The notes under the pieces are model-generated. The model made no database searches, was not told where the DNA came from, and saw nothing but the letters and a program-made list of their open reading frames with translations. Of a stretch of 42,297 nucleotides of DNA, positions 1-8,354 are shown one piece after another. The DNA lies in NCBI GenBank assembly GCA_018260755.1, contig JAGTWP010000004.1:1-42297 (forward strand), read 5' to 3'. The first letter of the stretch is position 1. Each line of letters opens with the position of its first letter. The position numbers were made by a program, and so were the translations under genes. Source of the DNA: Candidatus Altarchaeum sp. (GTDB taxonomy: Archaea > Altiarchaeota > Altiarchaeia > Altiarchaeales > Altiarchaeaceae).

Positions 1-256
1 AAATTAATATAAATAAATTAAAAATTATAAATAAATTAATTATAAATTTTATTGTTTTTTTGTTAAATTGGTTCTAAAATATAAGTTCCGCTAAAATTTA
101 CCCATATAAAATAAGAGGCTATAATTAATACAAATGCGATTATGATTATTTTTAGTTCTTTGTCTATCTTCTGCATTTTATCTTTTTATGAAAAAATTAA
201 TTATCAATTAACTTTTATTAATTGAATATTAAATTAAAGTATTAATAAAGTATTAA

Positions 257-278
257 GATTATATATAAATATATTAAA
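257..278. promoter_or_regulatory. 22-nt TATA-like element gattatatataaatatattaaa, repeated exactly at 22230-22251
   Basis: Exact 22-nt match read in the sequence at both loci (27 of 28 nt when extended 5'). AT-rich and TATA-box-like. Function not established. Confidence 0.3.
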
Positions 279-501
279 AATCAAAAAATATCCTTTTCAC
301 AGAGAACTAAAACAAACCACAGGTGTTGAAGAATGCGAATGCCGAAAACAAAGAATACAACGGAATCATATTGCCTGTTGTATGCTGGTTTGGGTTACTT
401 TGAAAGATTATGCATATAAAGTTAAAAAGACAATTTACCAACTCAAAGAAGGTCTTTTGCATAATTATCTGATAAACTAACTTAATAAAAAACTACTTAA
501 T

Positions 502-720
502 ATGAAAATTTCTGTTAAGGCAATTCCGAATGCCAAGAAAGACGAAGTAAAGCTGGCGGGAGAAAAGGTTGAAGACGGACTGATTGTAAAGGTTCATGCC
601 CCTCCGGAAAAGAACAAAGCAAACGACAAGGTTGTTGAAATTTTGAAGGATTATTTTAAAGCAGAGGTAAGAATAATTAGCGGTGAAAAAAGCAGAAGAA
701 AAATTGTTGAAATTTTATAA
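502..720 (+). CDS. DUF167/YggU-family small protein
   Basis: 72-aa ORF with ATG start. The pattern KISVKA.PNAKKDEV...V.APPEKNKAN..V...L......VRIISGEKSRRK fits my recollection of the YggU/DUF167 family. Confidence 0.65.
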   Translation: MKISVKAIPNAKKDEVKLAGEKVEDGLIVKVHAPPEKNKANDKVVEILKDYFKAEVRIISGEKSRRKIVEIL

Positions 721-762
721 TTTAAAATTTTACCTACAAAGCGTAATTATGATTCATAAATT

Positions 763-798
763 TAAATATAAACTAAATATTAAATATAAACTAAATAT
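763..798. repeat. Perfect 2 x 18-bp tandem repeat (taaatataaactaaatat) ending 12 nt upstream of the hisG ATG
   Basis: Read directly: 763-780 is identical to 781-798. Confidence 0.9.
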
Positions 799-809
799 AA
801 AAAAGGAAA

Positions 810-1727
810 ATGATAAAATTTTATACTCCCGACGGACATTTGGAAGCAAAGACAATGGAATTACTAAAAAAAGCAGGTTTTGATATAAAAATTTCGGAAA
901 GAAATTATAAGCCGACAATTGATGATAAAGACATAATGTTGAAACGACTGCGACCTCAGGATTTTCCGTTTTTGCTTGCACTTGGAAAAGGAGATATAGG
1001 AATATGCGGATACGACATATTGACAGAATTTAAGACAACATACAAGGATTTAGCGGACAATGTCGTTGAATTGATGGATTTGAAATTAGGTGGGACACAA
1101 TTAGTGGCTGCAATATCTGAAGAAGTAATTCCGAATGTTAAAACGATTGATGACTTTGCAAAGTATGCAAAAGAGAGAAGCAAAAATAAAGATGATGTTG
1201 TTATTGTAAGCGAATATCCTGCAATTGCATCCGAATATTTAAGCAGGCACAACATTAAAGCAATTGTCCGAAGGCCAGCAGGAAAAACAGAAGCATGGCT
1301 CATTCCTCCTGATAATGAAGGAGATATGATAATAGAAACAACAGAAACAGGAACAACACTGAAAGCAAACAGATGTATAATTATAGATACACTCCTTGAA
1401 TCAACCGCTCATATTGTTGCCAACAGGGACTCCTTAAATTCTGAAAAGAAGGAAAGGATAATGGAAATTATTGACCTGATTAAAGGAGCAATACGTGCGG
1501 AAAATCAAGTTAATGTGTATATGAATGTTCTTGAGCCGAAAAATTTGGAAAATGTGATGAGTATAATAAAAAAATACTCCTCAAATCCCACAATATCCCG
1601 GCTTGATAATGGTGGGTATGACATATTTATTATTATAGATACAAAAGATTTAAAATATATTCTTCCAAAACTAAAGAAAGCAGGTGCAAGCGAAATTGCA
1701 GTAAGTGATGTAAGAATGCTATTGTGA
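810..1727 (+). CDS. hisG: ATP phosphoribosyltransferase, long form with C-terminal regulatory domain
   Basis: 305 aa. Contains RPQDFPFLLALGKGDIGICGYDILTE (the DIP.yV..G..D.GI.G.D.l.E region) and IETTETGTTLKANR (the stG.TL.aN motif), plus a C-terminal HisG_C-like ~75 aa. Confidence 0.8.
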   Translation: MIKFYTPDGHLEAKTMELLKKAGFDIKISERNYKPTIDDKDIMLKRLRPQDFPFLLALGKGDIGICGYDILTEFKTTYKDLADNVVELMDLKLGGTQLVAAISEEVIPNVKTIDDFAKYAKERSKNKDDVVIVSEYPAIASEYLSRHNIKAIVRRPAGKTEAWLIPPDNEGDMIIETTETGTTLKANRCIIIDTLLESTAHIVANRDSLNSEKKERIMEIIDLIKGAIRAENQVNVYMNVLEPKNLENVMSIIKKYSSNPTISRLDNGGYDIFIIIDTKDLKYILPKLKKAGASEIAVSDVRMLL

Positions 1728-1747
1728 ATGTATAATTCTTAATTGAA

Positions 1748-2533
1748 ATGTTCGCAAAAATTATTGCCAAAAGGACTGAAAACGAAAATAAGACAATAGT
1801 AACTTTAAAATTTGACAAAGGAATTAATCAGGGATTAAAGACAAAACCAGGACAATTCCTGATGGTATGGATTCCTGGAATTAATGAAAAGCCGTTTTCT
1901 GTCTCAAAAATTTCGGCTAACTATTGCGAGGTCACCATCGCAAAGGTCGGGAATTTTACCGAAGCCCTCTTCAATAAAAATATTAATGACTGCATTGGAA
2001 TCAGAGGGCCTTTTGGCAATGGATTTGATGTGAATAACATCGGAAATGATTCCGGAAAGATAAAAGAAATAAAGGAAATTCTGGTTATTGCAGGAGGTGT
2101 AGGACTTGCACCTCTTGCCCAGCTTCCAGAAATTTACAACGCTCAAAATTTTACCTTTGCTGTCGGTTCAAAAACGAAAAACGAATTATTCTTCATTGAA
2201 CGACTCAAAGCCAACAAAAATACAAAAATTTTCATTTCAACTGATGACGGAAGCACCGGATTTAAGGGTTTTGTGACTGGCTTGGCAGAGGAAATTATAA
2301 AAAATACAAACCATAAATTTGATTTAATTATCGTATGTGGAAGAAGAGAAATGCTAAAAGCATCAGGGAAAATTTCAAAAAAATACAATATTCCCTTACA
2401 GATTTCAGCGGATGCCTTCATGAAATGCGGAATTGGAATTTGTGGCAGTTGTGCAATAGGAAAATTTTTGGTTTGTAAAGATGGACCTGTTTTTATGAAG
2501 GATGATGCGGATTATGTACTCAATTTTATGTAA
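1748..2533 (+). CDS. pyrK: PyrK-type FAD/NAD-binding electron-transfer subunit (dihydroorotate dehydrogenase B-like) with C-terminal 2Fe-2S Cys cluster
   Basis: 261 aa. GQFLMVWIPG..EKPFS flavin-binding region, VIAGGVGLAPL NAD motif, and C-terminal CGIGICGSCAIGKFLVCKDGPVF cluster. No pyrD is adjacent. Confidence 0.65.
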   Translation: MFAKIIAKRTENENKTIVTLKFDKGINQGLKTKPGQFLMVWIPGINEKPFSVSKISANYCEVTIAKVGNFTEALFNKNINDCIGIRGPFGNGFDVNNIGNDSGKIKEIKEILVIAGGVGLAPLAQLPEIYNAQNFTFAVGSKTKNELFFIERLKANKNTKIFISTDDGSTGFKGFVTGLAEEIIKNTNHKFDLIIVCGRREMLKASGKISKKYNIPLQISADAFMKCGIGICGSCAIGKFLVCKDGPVFMKDDADYVLNFM

Positions 2534-2607
2534 TCTGTAAATTTTATGGAATAAATTTTATAAAGGTAAATTTTAAAGAAACAAAAGAAACAAAAATATC
2601 TTGAAAA

Positions 2608-3729
2608 ATGAATGTTGATAAAAATTTTCTTGTGTTTTCCGTTGCTTTCGGACTTATATTTTTCAGTTTTGCAGCGGCACAACTATATCTTACGGTTGAA
2701 TTTAATAAGACCTCAAATTTAGATATAGCTTTTATGTCTATTCTTTTGATATATCTGTTTGCGGCAATATTCTCTCCTATATCCGCTTATGTTGTTTCAA
2801 AATTTAATCCGAAAAAAGGAATAATAATATCAGGCATTGTCTATTTGCTTTTTTGCGGAGTTCTCGTTACAAAAAACGAAATGGCAATTTATATTGTTTC
2901 CGCATTACTTGGAATTGCATCATCGGTTTTATGGACTTCCTGCGGAACATACATACTTTCAATTACCTCCAAGAACTATTACGGACGGGCGCTGGGAATA
3001 TTTAACACCGTATTTTCCCTTATGTGTATTTTAGGTATGCTTACGCTTGGAACCCTTCTTTCATATTATAACTTTAAAATTTCATATCTGCTGATATTAA
3101 TTCCAGGAATTGCGGGCTTTTTCATGCTGTTCCGGATCAATGACTTAAAAATTTCAAAATGTCCGAATTTTAAAGAAGGCCTTAAAAATTTCATTAGTCC
3201 GAAATTTCTGATATTCCTTCCTGTGTATGTTGCTCAGGGATTCCTGTTTTCACTTACAATAGGTATTATTCCTATTGAAATAAAAGATATGTTTTCGGAA
3301 ATTTTTGTTGGAATTTTCGGAATGTTGTTTTATTTAATTCCATTGTTTTCCGCTTACGGAGTGGGAAAAATTTCAGACCGTCTCGGAAGGCCTGTTTTGT
3401 TTATTGCATTCTATATTTTGATAGGAATCGCAATGCTTATAATGCTCAATAAAGAGAGCTTTATTTTAGGAATATTTATTTTTGCGATTACCTTTTCATT
3501 CACAAGGGTTTTGCTAATTGCTTATGTGGGGGACTTGTGCAAGGGCAAGAACCTGGAATCGGGAAATGCTTTGTTCAATACCGCTTTAAATTTAGGGGTC
3601 GTATTCGGATTTTTGACATTCATGTTAATTAAAAATAATAATTTAGGTGGCGATTTGATTTATATAATTTCATTTTTTATTACGATTTTTTCATTGCTTG
3701 GATTTGTTGTTGAAAAGAAATTTAGATAA
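2608..3729 (+). CDS. MFS-type transporter, about 10-12 TM segments
   Basis: 373 aa and hydrophobic throughout with regularly spaced TM segments. Substrate unknown. Confidence 0.65.
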   Translation: MNVDKNFLVFSVAFGLIFFSFAAAQLYLTVEFNKTSNLDIAFMSILLIYLFAAIFSPISAYVVSKFNPKKGIIISGIVYLLFCGVLVTKNEMAIYIVSALLGIASSVLWTSCGTYILSITSKNYYGRALGIFNTVFSLMCILGMLTLGTLLSYYNFKISYLLILIPGIAGFFMLFRINDLKISKCPNFKEGLKNFISPKFLIFLPVYVAQGFLFSLTIGIIPIEIKDMFSEIFVGIFGMLFYLIPLFSAYGVGKISDRLGRPVLFIAFYILIGIAMLIMLNKESFILGIFIFAITFSFTRVLLIAYVGDLCKGKNLESGNALFNTALNLGVVFGFLTFMLIKNNNLGGDLIYIISFFITIFSLLGFVVEKKFR

Positions 3730-3835
3730 AATTTCAGATAAAATGTAAAATTTTAAGGAAATTTTTAAAATTTTAAGTGTTCAATAATTCCATAAAAATC
3801 ATAATTGATTAATTACAAATAATTAATCACTTAAA

Positions 3836-4837
3836 ATGAAATTTAGCGTAAAAGAAGAGGATATTATAGTAAAACAGAACTGCGAAACAGACCCGAGATA
3901 CGGATGCGAGCCGGAGAACAGGAAAATTTCGGATTACATATCTTATGGAATTATAAACATAGATAAGGTGAAAGGACCGACATCACATCAGATTTCGTTT
4001 TGGGTTAAGCAAATGTTGGACTTAACAAAAGTCGGACACGGCGGAACACTGGATCCACATGTAACCGGACTGCTTACAATGCTGCCCCAGAATTCGACAA
4101 AGGTGGAGAGAATTCTTACATCTGTAAATAAAGAATATGTAGGGATAATAAATTTTAGCAAGCCTGTTGAAAAGAAAAAGGTTGAACGTTTATTTGAATA
4201 TTTTACAGGAGAAATTTATCAAAAACCGCCGTTAGAAGCTGCTGTTTCCAGAAAGATCAGAAGCAGAGAAGTGTATTTTATAAAATTTTTGGAAATAGAT
4301 GAAGATAAAATGAATGTATTATTCCGGGTCGGATGCGAAGCCGGGACTTATGTAAGGGTTTTATGTACGGATATCGGCTTAATGTTAGGTATGAATGCAG
4401 TAATGGCTGATTTAAGAAGAATAAGAAGCGGGATTTTTGATGAAAATTCCTGCGTGTATTTACAGGACTTAAAGGATGCGATTGAGATATGGAAAGAAAC
4501 CGGGGACGAAAAATTTTTAAGAAAAATAATTCATCCTGTTGAAGAGGTCTGCGACGGTGTTAAGAAAATCTGGGTAAAGGACTCTGCGGTCAATGCTGTT
4601 TGTTATGGTGCCGACTTAAATATTCCGGGAATTGTCCGATTTGAAAAGGGCATTAAAGTAAATGATGATATTGCAATTATGTCTTTAAAGAACGAACTTG
4701 TTGCAATTGGCAAATCATTAAGAACATCGGAGGAAATTAATGATATTGATAAAGGTGAAGTTGTGGATATAGAGAGAGTAATAATGGAAAGAGATGTGTA
4801 TCCGAGAGTGTGGAGTACAAAACCATCCGTGCAATGA
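3836..4837 (+). CDS. cbf5: H/ACA RNP pseudouridine synthase Cbf5 (TruB family) with C-terminal PUA domain
   Basis: 333 aa. DKVKGPTSHQ and the catalytic GHGGTLDPHVTG motif. The C-terminal KIWVKDSAVNAVCYGADL...GIV is PUA-like. Confidence 0.9.
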   Translation: MKFSVKEEDIIVKQNCETDPRYGCEPENRKISDYISYGIINIDKVKGPTSHQISFWVKQMLDLTKVGHGGTLDPHVTGLLTMLPQNSTKVERILTSVNKEYVGIINFSKPVEKKKVERLFEYFTGEIYQKPPLEAAVSRKIRSREVYFIKFLEIDEDKMNVLFRVGCEAGTYVRVLCTDIGLMLGMNAVMADLRRIRSGIFDENSCVYLQDLKDAIEIWKETGDEKFLRKIIHPVEEVCDGVKKIWVKDSAVNAVCYGADLNIPGIVRFEKGIKVNDDIAIMSLKNELVAIGKSLRTSEEINDIDKGEVVDIERVIMERDVYPRVWSTKPSVQ

Positions 4838-5450
4838 AATTCGGAATAAAAATTTATTTCTTTCACCTTTTAACATAAGCGAGATAGAAAGATAGAGACG
4901 ATATACAAAAAAGAAGGAACGGAAATAAAAACAGAGCTGGAAATAAAGCACGAAAATGTTAAAAATGGCGAAATTAAAAAGGACAAAATAGAAAAATGGC
5001 TTGACGCTCATTTTGAGTCACCTTTTTTTAAAACAAGATGTATACTTCTTGTTTTGGTTATTTGTTCTTTTATAGCCGCACTACTGGGCTGTTCAATATA
5101 GAGGATATTTTAAATTATTCTTCTTTCCATTTTTTGATCCCTAACTCAGCATGTTTTAGGTAATAGGTGTTCCTATCGTTTCTATAACATCTCTTGACAG
5201 GCTATAAGGGAATTACCAAAAACGAACCCCTGCTATTGTAACAATATATAAAAAGACAAACTTTGGACAATTTTTAAAGTTGGAATTTATGCGCATATAT
5301 TGTTATAGTATATAAAAGGTCTAAAAATTTTAGTTTCCTTACAACATGTTGAGTGAAAATTTAAAAATAAATTTCAATCAATTAAATTACAATTTTTAAA
5401 TTTTAATAATTTTTTATGTTAATCATAATTATAAACAGAAATTTATTACA

Positions 5451-5765
5451 ATGACTTATAGTATTGTTTATACAACTGCTGGTAGTGAAAAAGAAGCGGA
5501 AAATATAAGTAAAAATTTAATTGAAAAAAATTTAGCTGCCTGCATCAACACATTTCCTATAAAATCATTCTACAAATGGAAGGAAAAATTTGAAACAAGT
5601 AATGAAATAGCAATGCTCATAAAAACCAGAGGCGAATTGGCAGAAAAAGTTATGGAAGAGATTAAGAAAATTCATTCTTATGAGATTCCCGCAATATTCT
5701 CAATATCCATAGAAAAAGGAGATAATAACTTCTTTAACTGGATAGATAAAAATTTAAAAATTTAG
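5451..5765 (+). CDS. cutA: CutA divalent-cation tolerance protein
   Basis: 104 aa. IVYTT.GSEKEAE.I...LIEK.LAAC.N..P.KS.Y.WK....S.E.AMLIKT....A..V...IK..HSYE.PA matches the CutA1 pattern. Confidence 0.8.
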   Translation: MTYSIVYTTAGSEKEAENISKNLIEKNLAACINTFPIKSFYKWKEKFETSNEIAMLIKTRGELAEKVMEEIKKIHSYEIPAIFSISIEKGDNNFFNWIDKNLKI

Positions 5766-5800
5766 ATAAAATTTAAAGACAAAGTTAAAATTTGTAAAAG

Positions 5801-7087
5801 ATGAAAATTTATGCTGTTGGCGGTTATAATGAAGTCGGAAAAAATATGACGGTTGTAAATGTGGAAGGAGATAGTATTGTAATAGATAACGGAATAAGAA
5901 TAGATGTTCTTCAGATGTATGACCTGGAGCCAGAAGCAATGCGGGTTGCGGAACAAAAAAAACGATTAGCTGAAGTGGGCGCTATTCCGAATATGGCCGG
6001 TGTTGAAGGAAACATACTTGCACAGGTAATTTCTCACGGACATTTGGATCATATCGGAGCAGTAGGAATAAACAATCTTAATGTTCCGCTCTTTGCAACA
6101 CCTTATGCGTCTGCAATAGGAAGAAGAATATCTCCTGAAAGTAAATTTAACCCGACGCAATATAAAAAAATTGTTCAAATAAATAATATCGGAATTGAAT
6201 TTGTTGAGGTTACACACAGTATTCCACAGGCATCAATAGTTGTTTTACACACAAAGGAAGGCAATGTGGTTTATGCTAATGATTTTAAATTAGATGATGC
6301 TTCTAATATCGCAAAGGTTGATTATGGACGATTAAAAGAAATCGGGAAAGAAGGAGTCAAAACATTCATTACGGAGTCGTTAAATGCTCATGAAAAAGGA
6401 AAAACCCCATCAGAATCCGTTGCTGCCAGAAATGTTGAAGATACTATTAAATTTGCCGATGACAGTGGAGGACTAACAATCGTATCAACATTTTCAACCC
6501 ATATTGAACGGCTTAAAACAATATTTGAAACGGCACACCGACTTAACAAAAAGGTTGTTGTAATGGGAAAATCACTTATCTCAAATTTAAAAAGCGCAGA
6601 GGACCTATCACTCATAAAAATTTCCAAAGATATAAAATTTATCAGAAAAATAAACTCCGTGATGGATTTACTGAAATCAATAGAAAATAAAAAAGAGGAA
6701 TATTTAATTATAGCAACGGGGCATCAGGGTGAGGAGCATTCTGTGTTGTCAAAAATTGTCAATTCCGATTTTAAATTTGATAAGAATGATTCAGTTATAT
6801 TTTCTTCAAATGTAATTCCTACGGCAACTAATATTGCAAACCGCGAAATTTTAGAGGCGAAATTTAAGGCAAACAAGGTTAAAATTTTCAGGGATGTTCA
6901 TGTAAGCGGGCATGCATCAAAAGAAGAACACCGAAGGATGATAAATTTGCTAAATCCGGAAATTATTATTCCTTCTCACGGAACAACGAAAATGAAAGGA
7001 GCTTATATGGATTTGGCATGTGAAGAAGGGTATAAAATAAATAAAAATCTTTTCATCTTAAATAATGGGGACAAAATAGAAATTTAA
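5801..7087 (+). CDS. rnj: Archaeal RNase J-like metallo-beta-lactamase/beta-CASP ribonuclease
   Basis: 428 aa. N-terminal KIYAVGGYNEVGKNMT, the HGHLDHIGA metal motif, and C-terminal HVSGHASKEEH and PSHG beta-CASP motifs. Confidence 0.8.
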   Translation: MKIYAVGGYNEVGKNMTVVNVEGDSIVIDNGIRIDVLQMYDLEPEAMRVAEQKKRLAEVGAIPNMAGVEGNILAQVISHGHLDHIGAVGINNLNVPLFATPYASAIGRRISPESKFNPTQYKKIVQINNIGIEFVEVTHSIPQASIVVLHTKEGNVVYANDFKLDDASNIAKVDYGRLKEIGKEGVKTFITESLNAHEKGKTPSESVAARNVEDTIKFADDSGGLTIVSTFSTHIERLKTIFETAHRLNKKVVVMGKSLISNLKSAEDLSLIKISKDIKFIRKINSVMDLLKSIENKKEEYLIIATGHQGEEHSVLSKIVNSDFKFDKNDSVIFSSNVIPTATNIANREILEAKFKANKVKIFRDVHVSGHASKEEHRRMINLLNPEIIIPSHGTTKMKGAYMDLACEEGYKINKNLFILNNGDKIEI

Positions 7088-7146
7088 TTGTAACTATTAT
7101 ATGCTAAGTGCCAATTACCTAAAATCAGCAAAGTTACTGTTTAAAT

Positions 7147-8082
7147 ATGAAAAACACAGATAGCAATGCCGACAGGGAAAAAATTCGTGCTGCAAATATA
7201 TCAATTGCCTCAAATTTAATTTTGACTTTGCTTAAATTTATTGTTGGTTTTGCCACAGGAGCAATAAGTATAATTTCAGAGGCATTACACTCCTTAATGG
7301 ATTTGCTCGCTTCCCTGATTGCAAGATATACAGTCGGCCAGTCATCCAAACCACCGGACGAAGAACATCGCTACGGACATGGAAAGATAGAGGATATTTC
7401 GGCACTTATTGAAGGAATGCTCATAATTTTTGCTGTAATATTTATACTTTACGAGGCGGGCAGCAGAATCAGTATGATTATAAGCGGCGGAAAATTTGAG
7501 ATAGAGATTATTTGGGCAGGAATAGCAGTTATGCTTATTGCTACTGTTGTAAATTTTTTTGTTTCCCGATATCTTCATTCAATTGCCAGGAAAACAAATT
7601 CGTCGGCACTTGAAGCGGACTCGTTACATTTGATGACAGATGTATATACGGCATTTGGCATATTTCTCGGATTAGTTATTGTAGAATTTACAAAAATTTG
7701 GATTCTTGATTCAATAATTGCAATAGGAGTGGCAATAATTATTATCAGAGCGGCGGTTAGGATGATGTTGAAATCGGGTAAAAATTTAATGGATATAAAA
7801 CTGCCAAAAGACGAGGAAGATAAAATCATAGCAATATTGGACTCCCATAAGGAAAAATTTATTGACTATCATAAACTGAGAACGCGAAGTTCGGGGGCGG
7901 AAAAGTATATTGATGTGCACATTATATTTCCGAAACAAATAAGTGTTGAAGAAGCACACGGCATTGCGGGATATATTAAGAGCGACATAATTGAAAAAAT
8001 CGGAAAGATCAATGTAATAGTTCATATTGAGCCGTGTAACGGGAAATGTGAAATTTGTGAAAATAAAGGTAAATGCGATTGA
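7147..8082 (+). CDS. Cation diffusion facilitator (CDF) metal efflux transporter
   Basis: 311 aa. ISEALHSLMDL and LHLMTDVYTA (the TM2/TM5 HxxxD-type sites), a cytoplasmic C-terminal domain, and a Cys-rich end CNGKCEICENKGKCD. Confidence 0.85.
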   Translation: MKNTDSNADREKIRAANISIASNLILTLLKFIVGFATGAISIISEALHSLMDLLASLIARYTVGQSSKPPDEEHRYGHGKIEDISALIEGMLIIFAVIFILYEAGSRISMIISGGKFEIEIIWAGIAVMLIATVVNFFVSRYLHSIARKTNSSALEADSLHLMTDVYTAFGIFLGLVIVEFTKIWILDSIIAIGVAIIIIRAAVRMMLKSGKNLMDIKLPKDEEDKIIAILDSHKEKFIDYHKLRTRSSGAEKYIDVHIIFPKQISVEEAHGIAGYIKSDIIEKIGKINVIVHIEPCNGKCEICENKGKCD

Positions 8083-8101
8083 AAATAAATTATTTGTTTA
8101 A

Positions 8102-8173
8102 TGGACTCGTCGGGATTCGCACCCGAGGTCTCTTCCACGCCAAGGAAGCACGATACTGCTACGCTACGAGCCC
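8102..8173 (-). tRNA. tRNA-Ala (anticodon GGC)
   Basis: Hand-folded on the minus strand. Acceptor GGGCTCG/CGAGTCC with the G3:U70 Ala identity pair. Anticodon stem CTTCC/GGAAG, loop TTGGCGT. T arm TCGGG-TGCGAAT-CCCGA, discriminator A. No encoded CCA. Confidence 0.85.
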
Positions 8174-8186
8174 AAAAATTTGTTTT

Positions 8187-8269
8187 CGCTGAGGCAGGGA
8201 TTCGAACCCTGGAACCCTCGCGGGCACAGACTTAGCAGGCCTGCGCGATAACCACTCTGCCACCTCAGC
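8187..8269 (-). tRNA. tRNA-Ser (anticodon GCU), class II with long variable arm
   Basis: Hand-folded on the minus strand. Acceptor GCTGAGG/CCTCAGC. Anticodon stem CAGGC/GTCTG, loop CTGCTAA. Long variable arm TGCCCGCGAGGGTTC. T arm CAGGG-TTCGAAT-CCCTG. The D stem is imperfect in my fold. Lies 13 nt upstream of tRNA-Ala, so the two are probably co-transcribed. Confidence 0.8.
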
Positions 8270-8284
8270 ATTTAAATCTCAAAA

Positions 8285-8294
8285 TTTATAATAT
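8285..8294 (-). promoter_or_regulatory. Candidate TATA box (atattataaa on the minus strand) for the tRNA-Ser/tRNA-Ala unit
   Basis: Sits about 16-25 nt upstream of the mature tRNA-Ser 5' end. Position and sequence fit an archaeal TATA box, but the flanks are generally AT-rich. Confidence 0.35.
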
Positions 8295-8354
8295 TTTTAA
8301 TTTCATCTTTAATTTCAATAATTACAATTTCATTAAAATTTAATAATGATAAAT

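Noticed and set aside
63-176. 37-codon minus-strand ORF (MQKIDKELKIIIIAFVLIIASYFIWVNFSGTYILEPI), a possible small membrane protein at the window edge.
   Set aside because: It is too short and compositionally ordinary for an AT-rich genome to call without conservation or expression data.
333-419. 28-codon ORF (MRMPKTKNTTESYCLLYAGLGYFERLCI) downstream of the 22-nt TATA-like element.
   Set aside because: No recognisable family and very short. It is noted only as context for the possible transcript at 285-480.
754-1303. Track ORFs on the opposite strand of, or overlapping, confirmed genes. Examples are 683-883(+), 754-981(-), 956-1303(-), the antisense ORFs inside carA and the antiporter, and the many plus-strand ORFs inside 22355-26482.
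   Set aside because: They lie entirely within or antisense to genes with strong family signatures. Their products are low-complexity, typical of AT-rich shadow frames, and no independent motif supports any of them.
8029-8082. Cys-rich C-terminus (CNGKCEICENKGKCD) of the CDF transporter as a separate metal-sensing module.
   Set aside because: Cys/His-rich tails are frequent in CDF proteins, and this one is too short to argue for a distinct domain.
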